This document shows positions 27,991 to 36,728 of a DNA stretch of 64,000 nt, piece after piece. Source of the stretch: Actinomycetota bacterium (GTDB lineage: Bacteria; Actinomycetota; UBA4738; HRBIN12); assembly GCA_035519495.1 (NCBI GenBank), contig DATIWE010000056.1, positions 18,657 to 82,656 of the forward strand, read 5' to 3'. Within the stretch, counting starts at the first letter, position 1. Every line of letters begins with the position of its first letter. Position numbers and translations under genes: made by a program. The notes under the pieces are model-generated. The model was not told where the DNA came from. It ran no database searches and was given only the letters and a program-made list of their open reading frames with translations.

Positions 27991-29113
27991 GGTGCGCGAC
28001 GTCCTCGAGCGGCAGATGGACCGCACCCCGATCGAGCCGATCACGGTCGAGGCCTTCTTCCGTCGCCGCGACTCGTTGCTCCGGCGCCGACGGATCACGG
28101 CGGCCGTGGTCGCGATCGCGGTGGCGGTGGCGGCGACCGGGCTCGCCGTCCACGCGTTCGACCGGGCGCAGGGCGCGGTCCCCGCGCTCCCGCCGCCGCG
28201 CGCGGGGTCGATCGTGTTCGTCGGCCGCGGATCGGCGTGGGCGCCGACGGACAACGGGAGCGTCTACGTCTACGACCCGGCTTCGGGGAACGTCTCGAAG
28301 CTGCTGGATCTCAGCTGCACCCAGGATGCCGCCGGGCACCGATCGTGCCCGGGCGTCCGGGTGAACGGGGTCGCCGCATCGCCCGACGGTACCCGCTTCG
28401 TGTACTCGCTCGCGGAGAGCCACCCCGACACCGTGAGCGATACCACGTGGACGATGACCGATGCGGTTGGGTTGCACGTGCTCGACCTCCGGTCGGGCCG
28501 GAGCACCCGGATCGTGCCGTGCGCGCCGCCTTCCTGCTCCGAGATCGGCTCGGTGGCCTGGTCGCCCAACGGGACCACGATCGCCTACACGATCGACCGT
28601 CTCGACGGAGCGTCGATCCGGCTCGTGGACCCCGACGGCTCGAACGATCGCGCGCTCGACGTCGGGCTGGCCGACGCCCGCGATCCGGCCTGGTCGCCCG
28701 ATTCGTCACGGATCGCGTTCAGCGCGATGCCATCGCACGGTCCGCAGGTCCCGACCCTCTTCGAGACGGCGATCTGCTGCGACACGCGGGAGCTGATCTT
28801 CGGACACACGCAGAGAAGTGGATACGCGCCCGCTTGGTCACCGGCCGGTACGTCGCTCGCGTACGTGCAAGGGGAGGGAGGTCCGACCGGATCGGTATGG
28901 GTGCTCCGGACGGAAAGCGGGATCGCGACCCGGGTCGAAAGCCTCGGGGTCGCGGAGCAAAGCACGCCGGCGTGGAGCCCGGACGGTTCGCGGATCGCCG
29001 TGATCTCCAACGGCCGCCTCCTGCTCGTTGATCCCGACGGAGGAACAACGACCGTGCTCACCAAGGCATGGAGCCGGGTCGGGCCCGTCTTCTACCCAGG
29101 AGGTTCGTGGTGA
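27983..29113 (+). CDS. anti-sigma factor with single TM and extracytoplasmic TolB-like beta-propeller
   Basis: It overlaps the sigma gene by 8 nt. A TM segment (ITAAVVAIAVAVAATGLAV) is followed by repeated AWSPDGS/AWSPNGT/AWSPDSS blades. Confidence 0.7.
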   Translation: MPEVRDVLERQMDRTPIEPITVEAFFRRRDSLLRRRRITAAVVAIAVAVAATGLAVHAFDRAQGAVPALPPPRAGSIVFVGRGSAWAPTDNGSVYVYDPASGNVSKLLDLSCTQDAAGHRSCPGVRVNGVAASPDGTRFVYSLAESHPDTVSDTTWTMTDAVGLHVLDLRSGRSTRIVPCAPPSCSEIGSVAWSPNGTTIAYTIDRLDGASIRLVDPDGSNDRALDVGLADARDPAWSPDSSRIAFSAMPSHGPQVPTLFETAICCDTRELIFGHTQRSGYAPAWSPAGTSLAYVQGEGGPTGSVWVLRTESGIATRVESLGVAEQSTPAWSPDGSRIAVISNGRLLLVDPDGGTTTVLTKAWSRVGPVFYPGGSW

Positions 29114-30105
29114 ACATCACTCGCGGGGTCGGGCTCCTCGGTGCCGTCGCGCTGCTCGGTGCCTGCACCGGTGGCGGGTCGGGTCCCACGCAGGCGCCGA
29201 CGACGTCGATCGCACCGACCCCGGGGGTGATCGTGTTCGGGAACGACCCCCTGAGCGCGGGTGGCCACGCGCAGCTCTACATCGAATCCGACGACGGCTC
29301 GCATGTGCGACGGTTGGTCGTCTCGAGCGAGAAAGACGTGGGTCCGTCCATCTCCCCCGACGGGACGCGGGTCATGTTCACGCGGATCCACGATCCCCGC
29401 CCCGATCGCATCTTCGTCGTGAACGTCGACGGATCCGATCTGCATCAGGTCGTCCCGACGGGGTGCCCGGGCCGCTGCGGAGACGCGGTCGAGAGCGATC
29501 CCTGGTCGCCCGATGGGACCCGGATCGTGTTCACCCGGGCGATCTACGGCCGGGGACCCATCCCGATCCACGTGCAGCTCTGGACGGCGAACGCGGACGG
29601 GACCGGCGCACGGCAGATCACCGACCCGCACCACGCCCAGGACGATCAGGCCAGCTGGTCGCCGGACGGGACGCAGATCGTCTACCTCCACTGGGCGTAC
29701 GGCCACCCGGATCGGTTCACCATCCAGATCGCTGCCGCCGACGGCACCGGGAGCCGGCAGCTGACCCCGGACGGACTCGATGCCGCAGACCCCGCGTGGT
29801 CGCCGGACGGGGCGTTGATCGCCTTCCAGTCGCCCCCGGATCCGGGCGGGGCCATGCAACAGCTGTACACGATCCGTCCGGACGGCTCGGGCCTCCGCTC
29901 GCTCACCCCGGAGCTCGCCGGCACCGCCACGAACCACCCGTCGTGGTCGCCGGACGGATCGCAGCTCGTGTTCGCACACGCTCCCTCCGGTCCCCTCGGC
30001 GGCGACCTCTTCGTGATCGATCGCGACGGGACCGGCGTTCACGTCCTGCGGGTGACGGGGTTGAACGAGAACGGCCCGGACTGGGGACCCGCCGTCGCGC
30101 CCTAG
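29110..30105 (+). CDS. TolB-like beta-propeller lipoprotein
   Basis: AGGAGG sits 6 nt before the GTG at 29110. The signal peptide has a lipobox GLLGAVALLGAC. Repeated WSPDGT blades follow. There is a 4-nt overlap with the anti-sigma gene. Confidence 0.7.
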   Translation: MNITRGVGLLGAVALLGACTGGGSGPTQAPTTSIAPTPGVIVFGNDPLSAGGHAQLYIESDDGSHVRRLVVSSEKDVGPSISPDGTRVMFTRIHDPRPDRIFVVNVDGSDLHQVVPTGCPGRCGDAVESDPWSPDGTRIVFTRAIYGRGPIPIHVQLWTANADGTGARQITDPHHAQDDQASWSPDGTQIVYLHWAYGHPDRFTIQIAAADGTGSRQLTPDGLDAADPAWSPDGALIAFQSPPDPGGAMQQLYTIRPDGSGLRSLTPELAGTATNHPSWSPDGSQLVFAHAPSGPLGGDLFVIDRDGTGVHVLRVTGLNENGPDWGPAVAP

Positions 30106-30124
30106 CTCCGGGACGGAGCTCGGG

Positions 30125-30403
30125 CTAGCTGCCGCCGGCGACGGCCGGCAGGATCGAGACCGTGTCGCCTTCCTTGACCTCGGTCTGGAGCGAGCCGAGG
30201 TAGCGCACGTCCTCGTCGTTCAGGTACACGTTGATGAACCGATGCAGGCCGCCGTCCTCGGACACGACGTTCTTCGTGATGCCCGGGTACTTCGCTTCGA
30301 GGTCCTGCAGGACGTCGGCCAGCGTGGCGCCGTCCGCACCCACGCGGGCCTCGTCGCCCGCGAACTTCCGCAGGATCGTCGGCAGCTTCACGGTCACGGT
30401 CAT
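30125..30403 (-). CDS. cysO: MoaD/ThiS-family sulfur-carrier protein (CysO-like) with C-terminal Gly-Gly-Ser
   Basis: 92 aa with a beta-grasp composition. The C-terminus is ...SILPAVAGGS. The position matches CysO (Rv1335) in the mec-cysO-cysM synteny. Confidence 0.8.
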   Translation of the reverse strand: MTVTVKLPTILRKFAGDEARVGADGATLADVLQDLEAKYPGITKNVVSEDGGLHRFINVYLNDEDVRYLGSLQTEVKEGDTVSILPAVAGGS

Positions 30404-30428
30404 GTCGGCTCTCCTCGGGGGTCTGGGT

Positions 30429-31256
30429 CTACTCGGGCCTGGCGGGGACGCCGCAGAACTGTTCGTAGTCGATCAGCTCGGTGATGGTCGGCTCCTTGCC
30501 ACACACCGGGCAGTCCGCGTCCCAGCGGATCTTCACTTCCTGCACGTCCATCGTGAGGGCGTCGTAGAGGAGCAACCTTCCTTCCAGCGTCACGCCCTCG
30601 CCGGTGAGGATCTTGATCGCCTCGGTCGCCTGGACCGAGCCGATGAAGCCCGGCAGTACGCCGAACACGCCCCCTTCGGCGCACGACGGCACGGTGCCCG
30701 GCGGCGGCGGCGAGGGGAACAGGCAGCGATAGCACGGCGTCTCCTGCCCCGGCATGAACACCGAGGCCTGGCCTTCGAACTGGTAGATCGAGCCGTAGAC
30801 GAGCGGCTTGCCCAGGAACTGCGTGGCGTCGTTCACCAGGTAGCGGACCGGGAAGTTGTCGGTGCCGTCGACGATCACGTCGTAGCCGTTCATCACGTCG
30901 AACACGTTCGTCGAATACAGGAGCGTGTCGTGCCCGACGATCTCGATCGTCGGGTTGATCGCACGGAGGTGCTCGACGGCCGACTCGACCTTCGGACGGC
31001 CCACATCGGCGGTCGTGTGCAGGATCTGACGTTGGAGGTTCGTCACGTCGACGCGGTCGAAGTCCACGATGCCGAGCTTGCCCACGCCCGCGGCGGCCAG
31101 GTACATCGCGACCGGCGAGCCCAGCCCGCCGGCGCCGATCACCAGCACCGAACCGTCCAGGAGCCTGCGTTGGCCCTTCCCGCCGATGTTCGGCAGGATG
31201 ATGTGTCGCGAATACCGCTGGACCTGCTCCTCGGTGAACATCGGCTGCTGGCTCAT
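30429..31256 (-). CDS. ThiF/MoeB-family E1-like adenylyltransferase (MoeZ-like but lacking rhodanese domain)
   Basis: The start MSQQPMFTEEQVQRYSRHIIL overlaps the mec stop (ATGA). The nucleotide-binding motif is VLVIGAGGLGSPVAMYL. Zn Cys pairs are CYRC and CPVC. At 276 aa it has no C-terminal rhodanese domain. Confidence 0.8.
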   Translation of the reverse strand: MSQQPMFTEEQVQRYSRHIILPNIGGKGQRRLLDGSVLVIGAGGLGSPVAMYLAAAGVGKLGIVDFDRVDVTNLQRQILHTTADVGRPKVESAVEHLRAINPTIEIVGHDTLLYSTNVFDVMNGYDVIVDGTDNFPVRYLVNDATQFLGKPLVYGSIYQFEGQASVFMPGQETPCYRCLFPSPPPPGTVPSCAEGGVFGVLPGFIGSVQATEAIKILTGEGVTLEGRLLLYDALTMDVQEVKIRWDADCPVCGKEPTITELIDYEQFCGVPARPE

Positions 31257-31651
31257 GCGACCGTCAGCTCCTCCTCGGTGACCTCGCCCTCGTGGATGAA
31301 GAACGAGCGAAGGACGGGATGCTCGCGGTCGGCCAGCGACAGCAGGATGTAGCGGGCGTCGGGGTAGAAGGCCAGCTTGATGTCGGTCTCGCTCGGGTAC
31401 GCCTCGGAGTGCGTGTGCGAGTGGTAGATCGCCCAGAGATCCCAGCCGTGCTCGTCGAGCTCGTCGAAGACCCGCAGCTGCTCCCTGCCGTCCAGGCGGT
31501 ACGTCGCCGGGCTGGCGTCGGCGTTCTTCATCGGGAACACCTTCACCGGCGCCCCGGCCTCGGCGGCGACCAGGCCGCAGCATTCGTTGGGGAACTCACG
31601 CATCCCCTGTTCGAGGATCTCCTTGTACAGGACGCCGTCCAGCTCGCTCAA
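31253..31651 (-). CDS. mec: Mov34/MPN/JAMM-family metalloprotease (Mec-like)
   Basis: The JAMM motif is HSHTHSEAYPSETD. An upstream Glu/Cys lies in FPNECCGLV. I placed the start at the TTG at 31651, which is preceded by GGAGAC. The ORF could extend to the ATG at 31702. Confidence 0.75.
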   Translation of the reverse strand: MSELDGVLYKEILEQGMREFPNECCGLVAAEAGAPVKVFPMKNADASPATYRLDGREQLRVFDELDEHGWDLWAIYHSHTHSEAYPSETDIKLAFYPDARYILLSLADREHPVLRSFFIHEGEVTEEELTVA

Positions 31652-31738
31652 CGCTCGTCTCCATCGTCGACAGACGCGGAACCCCGCCTGTTGCAGGTGC
31701 AAATGCTATCAGCGGACCGGCTATTCCCGATACGGGCT

Positions 31739-32833
31739 TTAGGCGGGTAATACGACCCTGCCCGAGCCGTCCACGACGACGTCGATGCGTTGCAACGGAG
31801 CACTTGCGGGCCCGGCCACCGGCTCGGCCCCTCGAGAGGGATCGAACTCCGCCCCGTGACACGGGCAGATCAGGAGTTGGGACGCCGGATCGTAGCCGAC
31901 CACGCACCCGGCGTGGGTGCAGATCCGGCTGTACGCGAGCACGCTGTCGTTCGCGAGCCGCAGCAGGACGGCCGGACCGACCCCGGGGGCCGAGAACCCG
32001 ACCGCCTTGCCCACGGGGAGCTGCGAGAGGTTCGCGATCACGGTGCCCGCAGGCGAGGCTGGGGAAGAGGGTTGCGCTGGTGCGCTTGTCCCGCCCGCGG
32101 CGGGCGTGGACGGCGCCGTCGCGGGCGAGTGGCTCGCCGGCGATCGACGGATCGCCGGCGAGATCGCGTCGACGTTCGTCGGGACGCCGCGGAACACCCG
32201 CGCGACCCCGTCCAAGACGAGCGCGCAGAGGCCGACGGTGGCGACCTGCAGGGCGACCCGCCGGTCGACGGGCGGGCCGGCGTTGACGTACGCGACGCGA
32301 CCCCCTGCGCCGGGCACGGGCGTTCGACGCAAGCGCGACCACGTCCCGACCACGAGGGCCAGCCACGCCACGGCGTAGATCGAATCGGATCCGAGGAAGT
32401 ACGGGTGGACGTGCCACGTCGCCGAGAGCAGGAGCGAGAGGTTCACGAGGAACCCGCCGAGCGCCGCGAGCGGCAACGCGATCCCGAACAGGACGGCCAG
32501 GCCGATCGCCGTTTCGAGCAGCGCGGTCGATACGCCCACCAATACCGCGTGGTGCGCGAGGGCGCCGAACACGGCCCCGAGCGGCGTGCCCAGTGCGAAC
32601 CCGCGCAACTGCGTGCCGATGTAGTCGGGACTCCCCCGGCGCAGGAAGTTGGGGTCCAGGAGCTTCTGCATCCCCGCGAACACGAACGTGCCACCGAGGA
32701 ACGCGCGGAGGATCCCCAGGGGCCATCCCGTGGCGCGCCAGTCGGCGACAAGGAGCGCACCGAACGTCGCATGGCGATGCGCGCCGCGGAGGCTCCGGTC
32801 AGGGCGTGGCGGCGCATACGTACGTGGTCGCAT
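31739..32833 (-). CDS. DoxX-family membrane protein fused to C-terminal Rieske [2Fe-2S] domain
   Basis: The N-terminal 4-TM DoxX-like region is ILRAFLGGTFVFAGMQKL. The C-terminal Rieske motifs are CTHAGC ... CPCHGAEFD. Confidence 0.7.
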   Translation of the reverse strand: MRPRTYAPPRPDRSLRGAHRHATFGALLVADWRATGWPLGILRAFLGGTFVFAGMQKLLDPNFLRRGSPDYIGTQLRGFALGTPLGAVFGALAHHAVLVGVSTALLETAIGLAVLFGIALPLAALGGFLVNLSLLLSATWHVHPYFLGSDSIYAVAWLALVVGTWSRLRRTPVPGAGGRVAYVNAGPPVDRRVALQVATVGLCALVLDGVARVFRGVPTNVDAISPAIRRSPASHSPATAPSTPAAGGTSAPAQPSSPASPAGTVIANLSQLPVGKAVGFSAPGVGPAVLLRLANDSVLAYSRICTHAGCVVGYDPASQLLICPCHGAEFDPSRGAEPVAGPASAPLQRIDVVVDGSGRVVLPA

Positions 32834-32868
32834 CTGCCTACTTTCGGCGCCGGTCGGCTAAGAGTGGG

Positions 32869-33927
32869 TTAGGAGAACGTCGAGACTTCGTGGCGTTCCG
32901 CCGGCCGGCCAACGACGCGGATCGCGCCCGGAGCGCCCTCGACGACCGCGCCGACGCGTGTGAACAGCCCGGATGCCTCGAGGGCGCTCGGATCGTGCGT
33001 GGTCACGAGCAGCCCGCCGCTCGTCTGCGCGTCGGCCAGCACCAGCTGCTCGGGCGGAGTCAGTTCGCCCCAATCGGTGACCGGGGCCAACCAGGCGTGG
33101 TTCCGCTTCGAGCCGCCGGGTACGACGTCGCCTCGGGCGAGATCGAGGACCCCCGGGATCAGCGGCACGGCCGCCGCGTCGACGATCGCCGCGCAGCCGC
33201 TCGCCTCCAGCAACCGGCGGAGGTGGCCGAGCAGGCCGAAGCCGGTCACGTCGGTGCCGGCCTCGACGCCGGCGTCCAGCATCGCCGCGGCGGCCGCGGC
33301 GTTACTCGTCGTCATGAGCTCGACGGCCGTGGCCACCAGCTCGGCGGTCACGACGCCCCGCTTCAGCGCCGTCGCGATGATGCCCAGACCGATCGGCTTC
33401 GACAGCCAGAGTTCCGCGCCGGGCGTTGCCGTCGAGTTGCGCACGATCCGGTCCGGATCCACGAGCCCCAGGACGACCATGCCGTACTTCGGCTCCGGGT
33501 CGGTGATCGAGTGCCCGCCGAGCACCGCGACGCCGGCCGCACCGGCGGCGTCGATGCCGCCCTGCAACACCTGCCCGAGGGCTTCGCGCGGCAACTCGTC
33601 GATCGGCCAGCTCACGATGTTGAGCCCGAGGAAGGGCCGGCCGCCCATCGCGTACACGTCCGAGAGCGCGTTCGTGGCGGCGATGCGGCCCCAGTCGTAC
33701 GGGTCGTCGACGATCGGCGTGAAGAAGTCCAGCGTCGCCACGACGGCCTCGCCGGAGGGAAGGCGGTAGACGGCGGCGTCGTCGCCCGTGTCGGCGGCAA
33801 CCAGCACCTCGGCAGGGACCGGCGGCAGGTCGAGGCCGGCGAGCACGGCCAGGAGATCGTCCGGTCCGAGCTTGCAGCCGCAGCCCGCGCCGTGGCTGAA
33901 CGAGGTGAGACGGCGTTCGGTCTGCAT
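32869..33927 (-). CDS. selD: selenide, water dikinase (selenophosphate synthetase), Cys-type
   Basis: The start is MQTERRLTSFSHGAGCGCKLGP. This is the SelD signature with Cys, not Sec. The AIR-synthase-like fold is present. Confidence 0.85.
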   Translation of the reverse strand: MQTERRLTSFSHGAGCGCKLGPDDLLAVLAGLDLPPVPAEVLVAADTGDDAAVYRLPSGEAVVATLDFFTPIVDDPYDWGRIAATNALSDVYAMGGRPFLGLNIVSWPIDELPREALGQVLQGGIDAAGAAGVAVLGGHSITDPEPKYGMVVLGLVDPDRIVRNSTATPGAELWLSKPIGLGIIATALKRGVVTAELVATAVELMTTSNAAAAAAMLDAGVEAGTDVTGFGLLGHLRRLLEASGCAAIVDAAAVPLIPGVLDLARGDVVPGGSKRNHAWLAPVTDWGELTPPEQLVLADAQTSGGLLVTTHDPSALEASGLFTRVGAVVEGAPGAIRVVGRPAERHEVSTFS

Positions 33928-33977
33928 GCCGGCAGGATACGGCCGCACACCCTGCGCCGGAGCGCGATACTCCGGGC

Positions 33978-35819
33978 GTGGACGTAGCGGCGTTCCTCGC
34001 CATGTATCCCCCGTTCTCGGAGCTGGTGCCCGACCGGCTCGCGGCCATCGCCCGGGCGATCGAGATCGCCCACTTCCCCGCCGGCGAGGTGATCCTCGAG
34101 CAGGACGGCACGCCGGCCTCCAACCTGTTCGTCGTCCGCAAGGGCGCCGTTGAGGTGCTGGACGACGGGATCGTGCTGGACCTGTTGGGCGAAGGGGAAG
34201 TGTTCGGACAGTTCTCGCTCCTCGGTCAGGTCAGCCCGGTCGCCACGATCCGCGCGCTCGAGGACACGCTCGCCTACCTGATCCCTCGCCCGGTCGCCGT
34301 AGACGTCCTCTCGTCGCCCGCCGGCAGATCGGTCGTCCTGGCTACGATGCGACGGCGGCTCGAGGTGGCGAACGACGAAGTGAGCGTCGCCCGGTACGAG
34401 GACCCGCGGTTCGCGACGATCGGCTCGTTGATCCGTCGCGAACCCGTGACGATCGAACCCGACGCGCCGATCGCCCAGGCCGCGCTGAGGATGACCGAGC
34501 AGCGGGTTTCGTCCCTCCTGATCCCGACGCCGGAGGGTTGGGGGATCCTCACCGACCGGGATCTGCGTGCGAAGGTCGTCGCGGAGAAGGCCTCGTACGA
34601 CGCCCCGGCGATCACGTCGGCGACCGTGCCGGCACGGACGCTACCGTCCTCCACGCTCTCCGGCGAAGCGTTGCTCGAGATGTTCGCCCAAGGCGTCCAC
34701 CATTTCCCCGTGACCGAGGGCGGGCGCGTGATCGGCATCGTGACCGACACCGACCTCATGGGGATCGGCCGGCACACGCCCTTCGCGATCAAGAGCGCGA
34801 TCGAACGCGCCGACACGCGCGAGGCTGTGGTCGATGCCGGCCGCCAGCTCCCCAACGTGGTGGCGGCGCTCGTTGACTCGACCGCTGACCCGGTGGCGGT
34901 CGGACGGGTGATCGCGCTGGTGATCGACGCCCTCACCGAGCGCCTGGTCCTGCTCGCCGGCCGGTCGATCGGCGAGGCGCCCGCCGCGTTCGCGTGGTTG
35001 TCGCTCGGCAGCGCGGCCCGCCACGAGCAGGCGCTGCACACCGATCAGGACCACGCGCTGGCATACGAGCTCGCGCCGGGATCAACGGACGAGGACGTGG
35101 ACGGCTTCTTCGCCGATCTCGCCGAGTTCGTGACGAGCGGCCTCGAAGCCGTCGGCATCCCCCGGTGCCATGGCGACGCGATGGCGGTCCATCCGGCGAT
35201 GCGCCGCTCGCTCGAACAGTGGGCCGGGCGCTTCCGACGCTGGATGGACGAACCCGACCTCGACGCCAGGATCCTGTCGTCGATCGGGTTCGACTTCCGG
35301 CGCGTCGCCGGTCCGCTGGCCGCCGAGCCGACGCTGGACGCTGCGGTCCGGGAAGCACGCACACACCCGGCGTTCATCGAACTGCTGGCGCGCGGCGCGC
35401 TCACACTGAAGCCGCCCACGGGCTTCTTCCGGGATCTCGTGGTCGAGGCGAAGGGCGAGCACGCCGGCCGGCTCGACGTGAAGCACGGCGGCATCACGAT
35501 CGTCACGAACATCGCGCGCGCCGTCGGCATCGCCGCGGGGACCGCCTCGAAGGGCACGCTCCCGCGGCTCGACGCCGCGGCCGCGGCTGGCACGCTCGAC
35601 CCCACGGTTGCCGGCGAACTGGGCGACGCCTTCCGGTTCCTGTGGCAGGTCCGACTCCGTCATCAGGTGACGCAGATCGAGGCGGGGACCGCGCCGGACG
35701 ACTTCGTCGATCCGACGGCGCTCGGGCCGCTGGACCGGAGCGGCCTCAAGGAAGCCTTCCGGGTGATCCGCGCGGCGCAGACGCTGGTCGCGACGGAGTT
35801 CAACGCCCAGCTCCGCTGA
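33978..35819 (+). CDS. cyclic-nucleotide-binding + CBS pair + DUF294 nucleotidyltransferase domain protein
   Basis: The N-terminal cNMP-binding domain is FPAGEVILEQDGTPASNLFVVRKGAVEV. CBS domains sit in the middle. The C-terminal half is DUF294/DUF294_C-like. Confidence 0.7.
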   Translation: MDVAAFLAMYPPFSELVPDRLAAIARAIEIAHFPAGEVILEQDGTPASNLFVVRKGAVEVLDDGIVLDLLGEGEVFGQFSLLGQVSPVATIRALEDTLAYLIPRPVAVDVLSSPAGRSVVLATMRRRLEVANDEVSVARYEDPRFATIGSLIRREPVTIEPDAPIAQAALRMTEQRVSSLLIPTPEGWGILTDRDLRAKVVAEKASYDAPAITSATVPARTLPSSTLSGEALLEMFAQGVHHFPVTEGGRVIGIVTDTDLMGIGRHTPFAIKSAIERADTREAVVDAGRQLPNVVAALVDSTADPVAVGRVIALVIDALTERLVLLAGRSIGEAPAAFAWLSLGSAARHEQALHTDQDHALAYELAPGSTDEDVDGFFADLAEFVTSGLEAVGIPRCHGDAMAVHPAMRRSLEQWAGRFRRWMDEPDLDARILSSIGFDFRRVAGPLAAEPTLDAAVREARTHPAFIELLARGALTLKPPTGFFRDLVVEAKGEHAGRLDVKHGGITIVTNIARAVGIAAGTASKGTLPRLDAAAAAGTLDPTVAGELGDAFRFLWQVRLRHQVTQIEAGTAPDDFVDPTALGPLDRSGLKEAFRVIRAAQTLVATEFNAQLR

Positions 35820-35822
35820 ACC

Positions 35823-36602
35823 TCAGTCCAGGTCGGTGCCCATCGCGTGGAACCCGCCGTCCACGTGGATCACCTCGCCAGAGATCCCGTCCGAAAGGCC
35901 CGAGAGCAGGAACGCGATCGCGTTGCCGACCGGCGTGGGATCGTCGATGTCCCAGCCGAGCGGGGCACGGCGCTCCCACGTGCCGCCGATCCGCTCGAAC
36001 CCGGGGATCCCTTTGCCGGCCATCGTCTTGATCGGCCCGGCGCTCACGGTGTTCACGCGGATCCCCTTCGGCCCGAGGTCGCGCGCGAGGTAGCGCGTGA
36101 CGGCCTCGAGGCCCGCCTTCGCCACGCCCATCCAGTCGTAGACGGGCCAGGCGACCTGCCCGTCGAAGTCGAGCGAGACGATCGACGGGCGCTCCGCCGC
36201 CTCGAGCAGCGGGAGCATGCCGGCGGCGATCGCCTTCAGGGAGTACGCGCTGGTCTGGATGGCCGTCGCGACGCTCTCCCACGGCGTGTACAGGAAGTTG
36301 CCGCCGAGCGCGTCCTGGGGCGCGAATGCGATCGCGTGCAGGAAGCCGTCGAGGCGGCCCCAGCGTGCCGCGAGCTCCTCGCGCACGGCCGCGATCTGCT
36401 CCTCGTCGTTCGCGTCCATCTCCAGGACGTCGGGGGGATCCGGCAGGCGGCGCGCCACCTTCTGCGTGATGCTCACCGTCCGGCCGAAGTTCGTCAGGAC
36501 GATCTGCCCGCCCTGCTCCTGGACGGTCCGCGCCGCCGCGAACGCGATCGATTGCTGCGTCAGGACCCCGGTGATCAACAGCCTCTTCCCCTCGAGCAGC
36601 AT
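35823..36602 (-). CDS. inhA: enoyl-[acyl-carrier-protein] reductase (NADH), InhA/FabI type
   Basis: MLLEGKRLLITGVLTQQSIAFAAARTVQEQG ... It is near-colinear with M. tuberculosis InhA, including YDWMGVAKAGLE (catalytic Tyr/Lys). Confidence 0.85.
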   Translation of the reverse strand: MLLEGKRLLITGVLTQQSIAFAAARTVQEQGGQIVLTNFGRTVSITQKVARRLPDPPDVLEMDANDEEQIAAVREELAARWGRLDGFLHAIAFAPQDALGGNFLYTPWESVATAIQTSAYSLKAIAAGMLPLLEAAERPSIVSLDFDGQVAWPVYDWMGVAKAGLEAVTRYLARDLGPKGIRVNTVSAGPIKTMAGKGIPGFERIGGTWERRAPLGWDIDDPTPVGNAIAFLLSGLSDGISGEVIHVDGGFHAMGTDLD

Positions 36603-36728
36603 GCCCCGCCCTTCCATCTCCCCGCGAGCCACCGGACGACCGAGCGTAGCGACGGCGCACCGGGAGGGCAACGCGCGGTCCGTCGCGCCGCGGGTACGCT
36701 GGGCTCCCGCAGATCCTCAGGAGGAACC

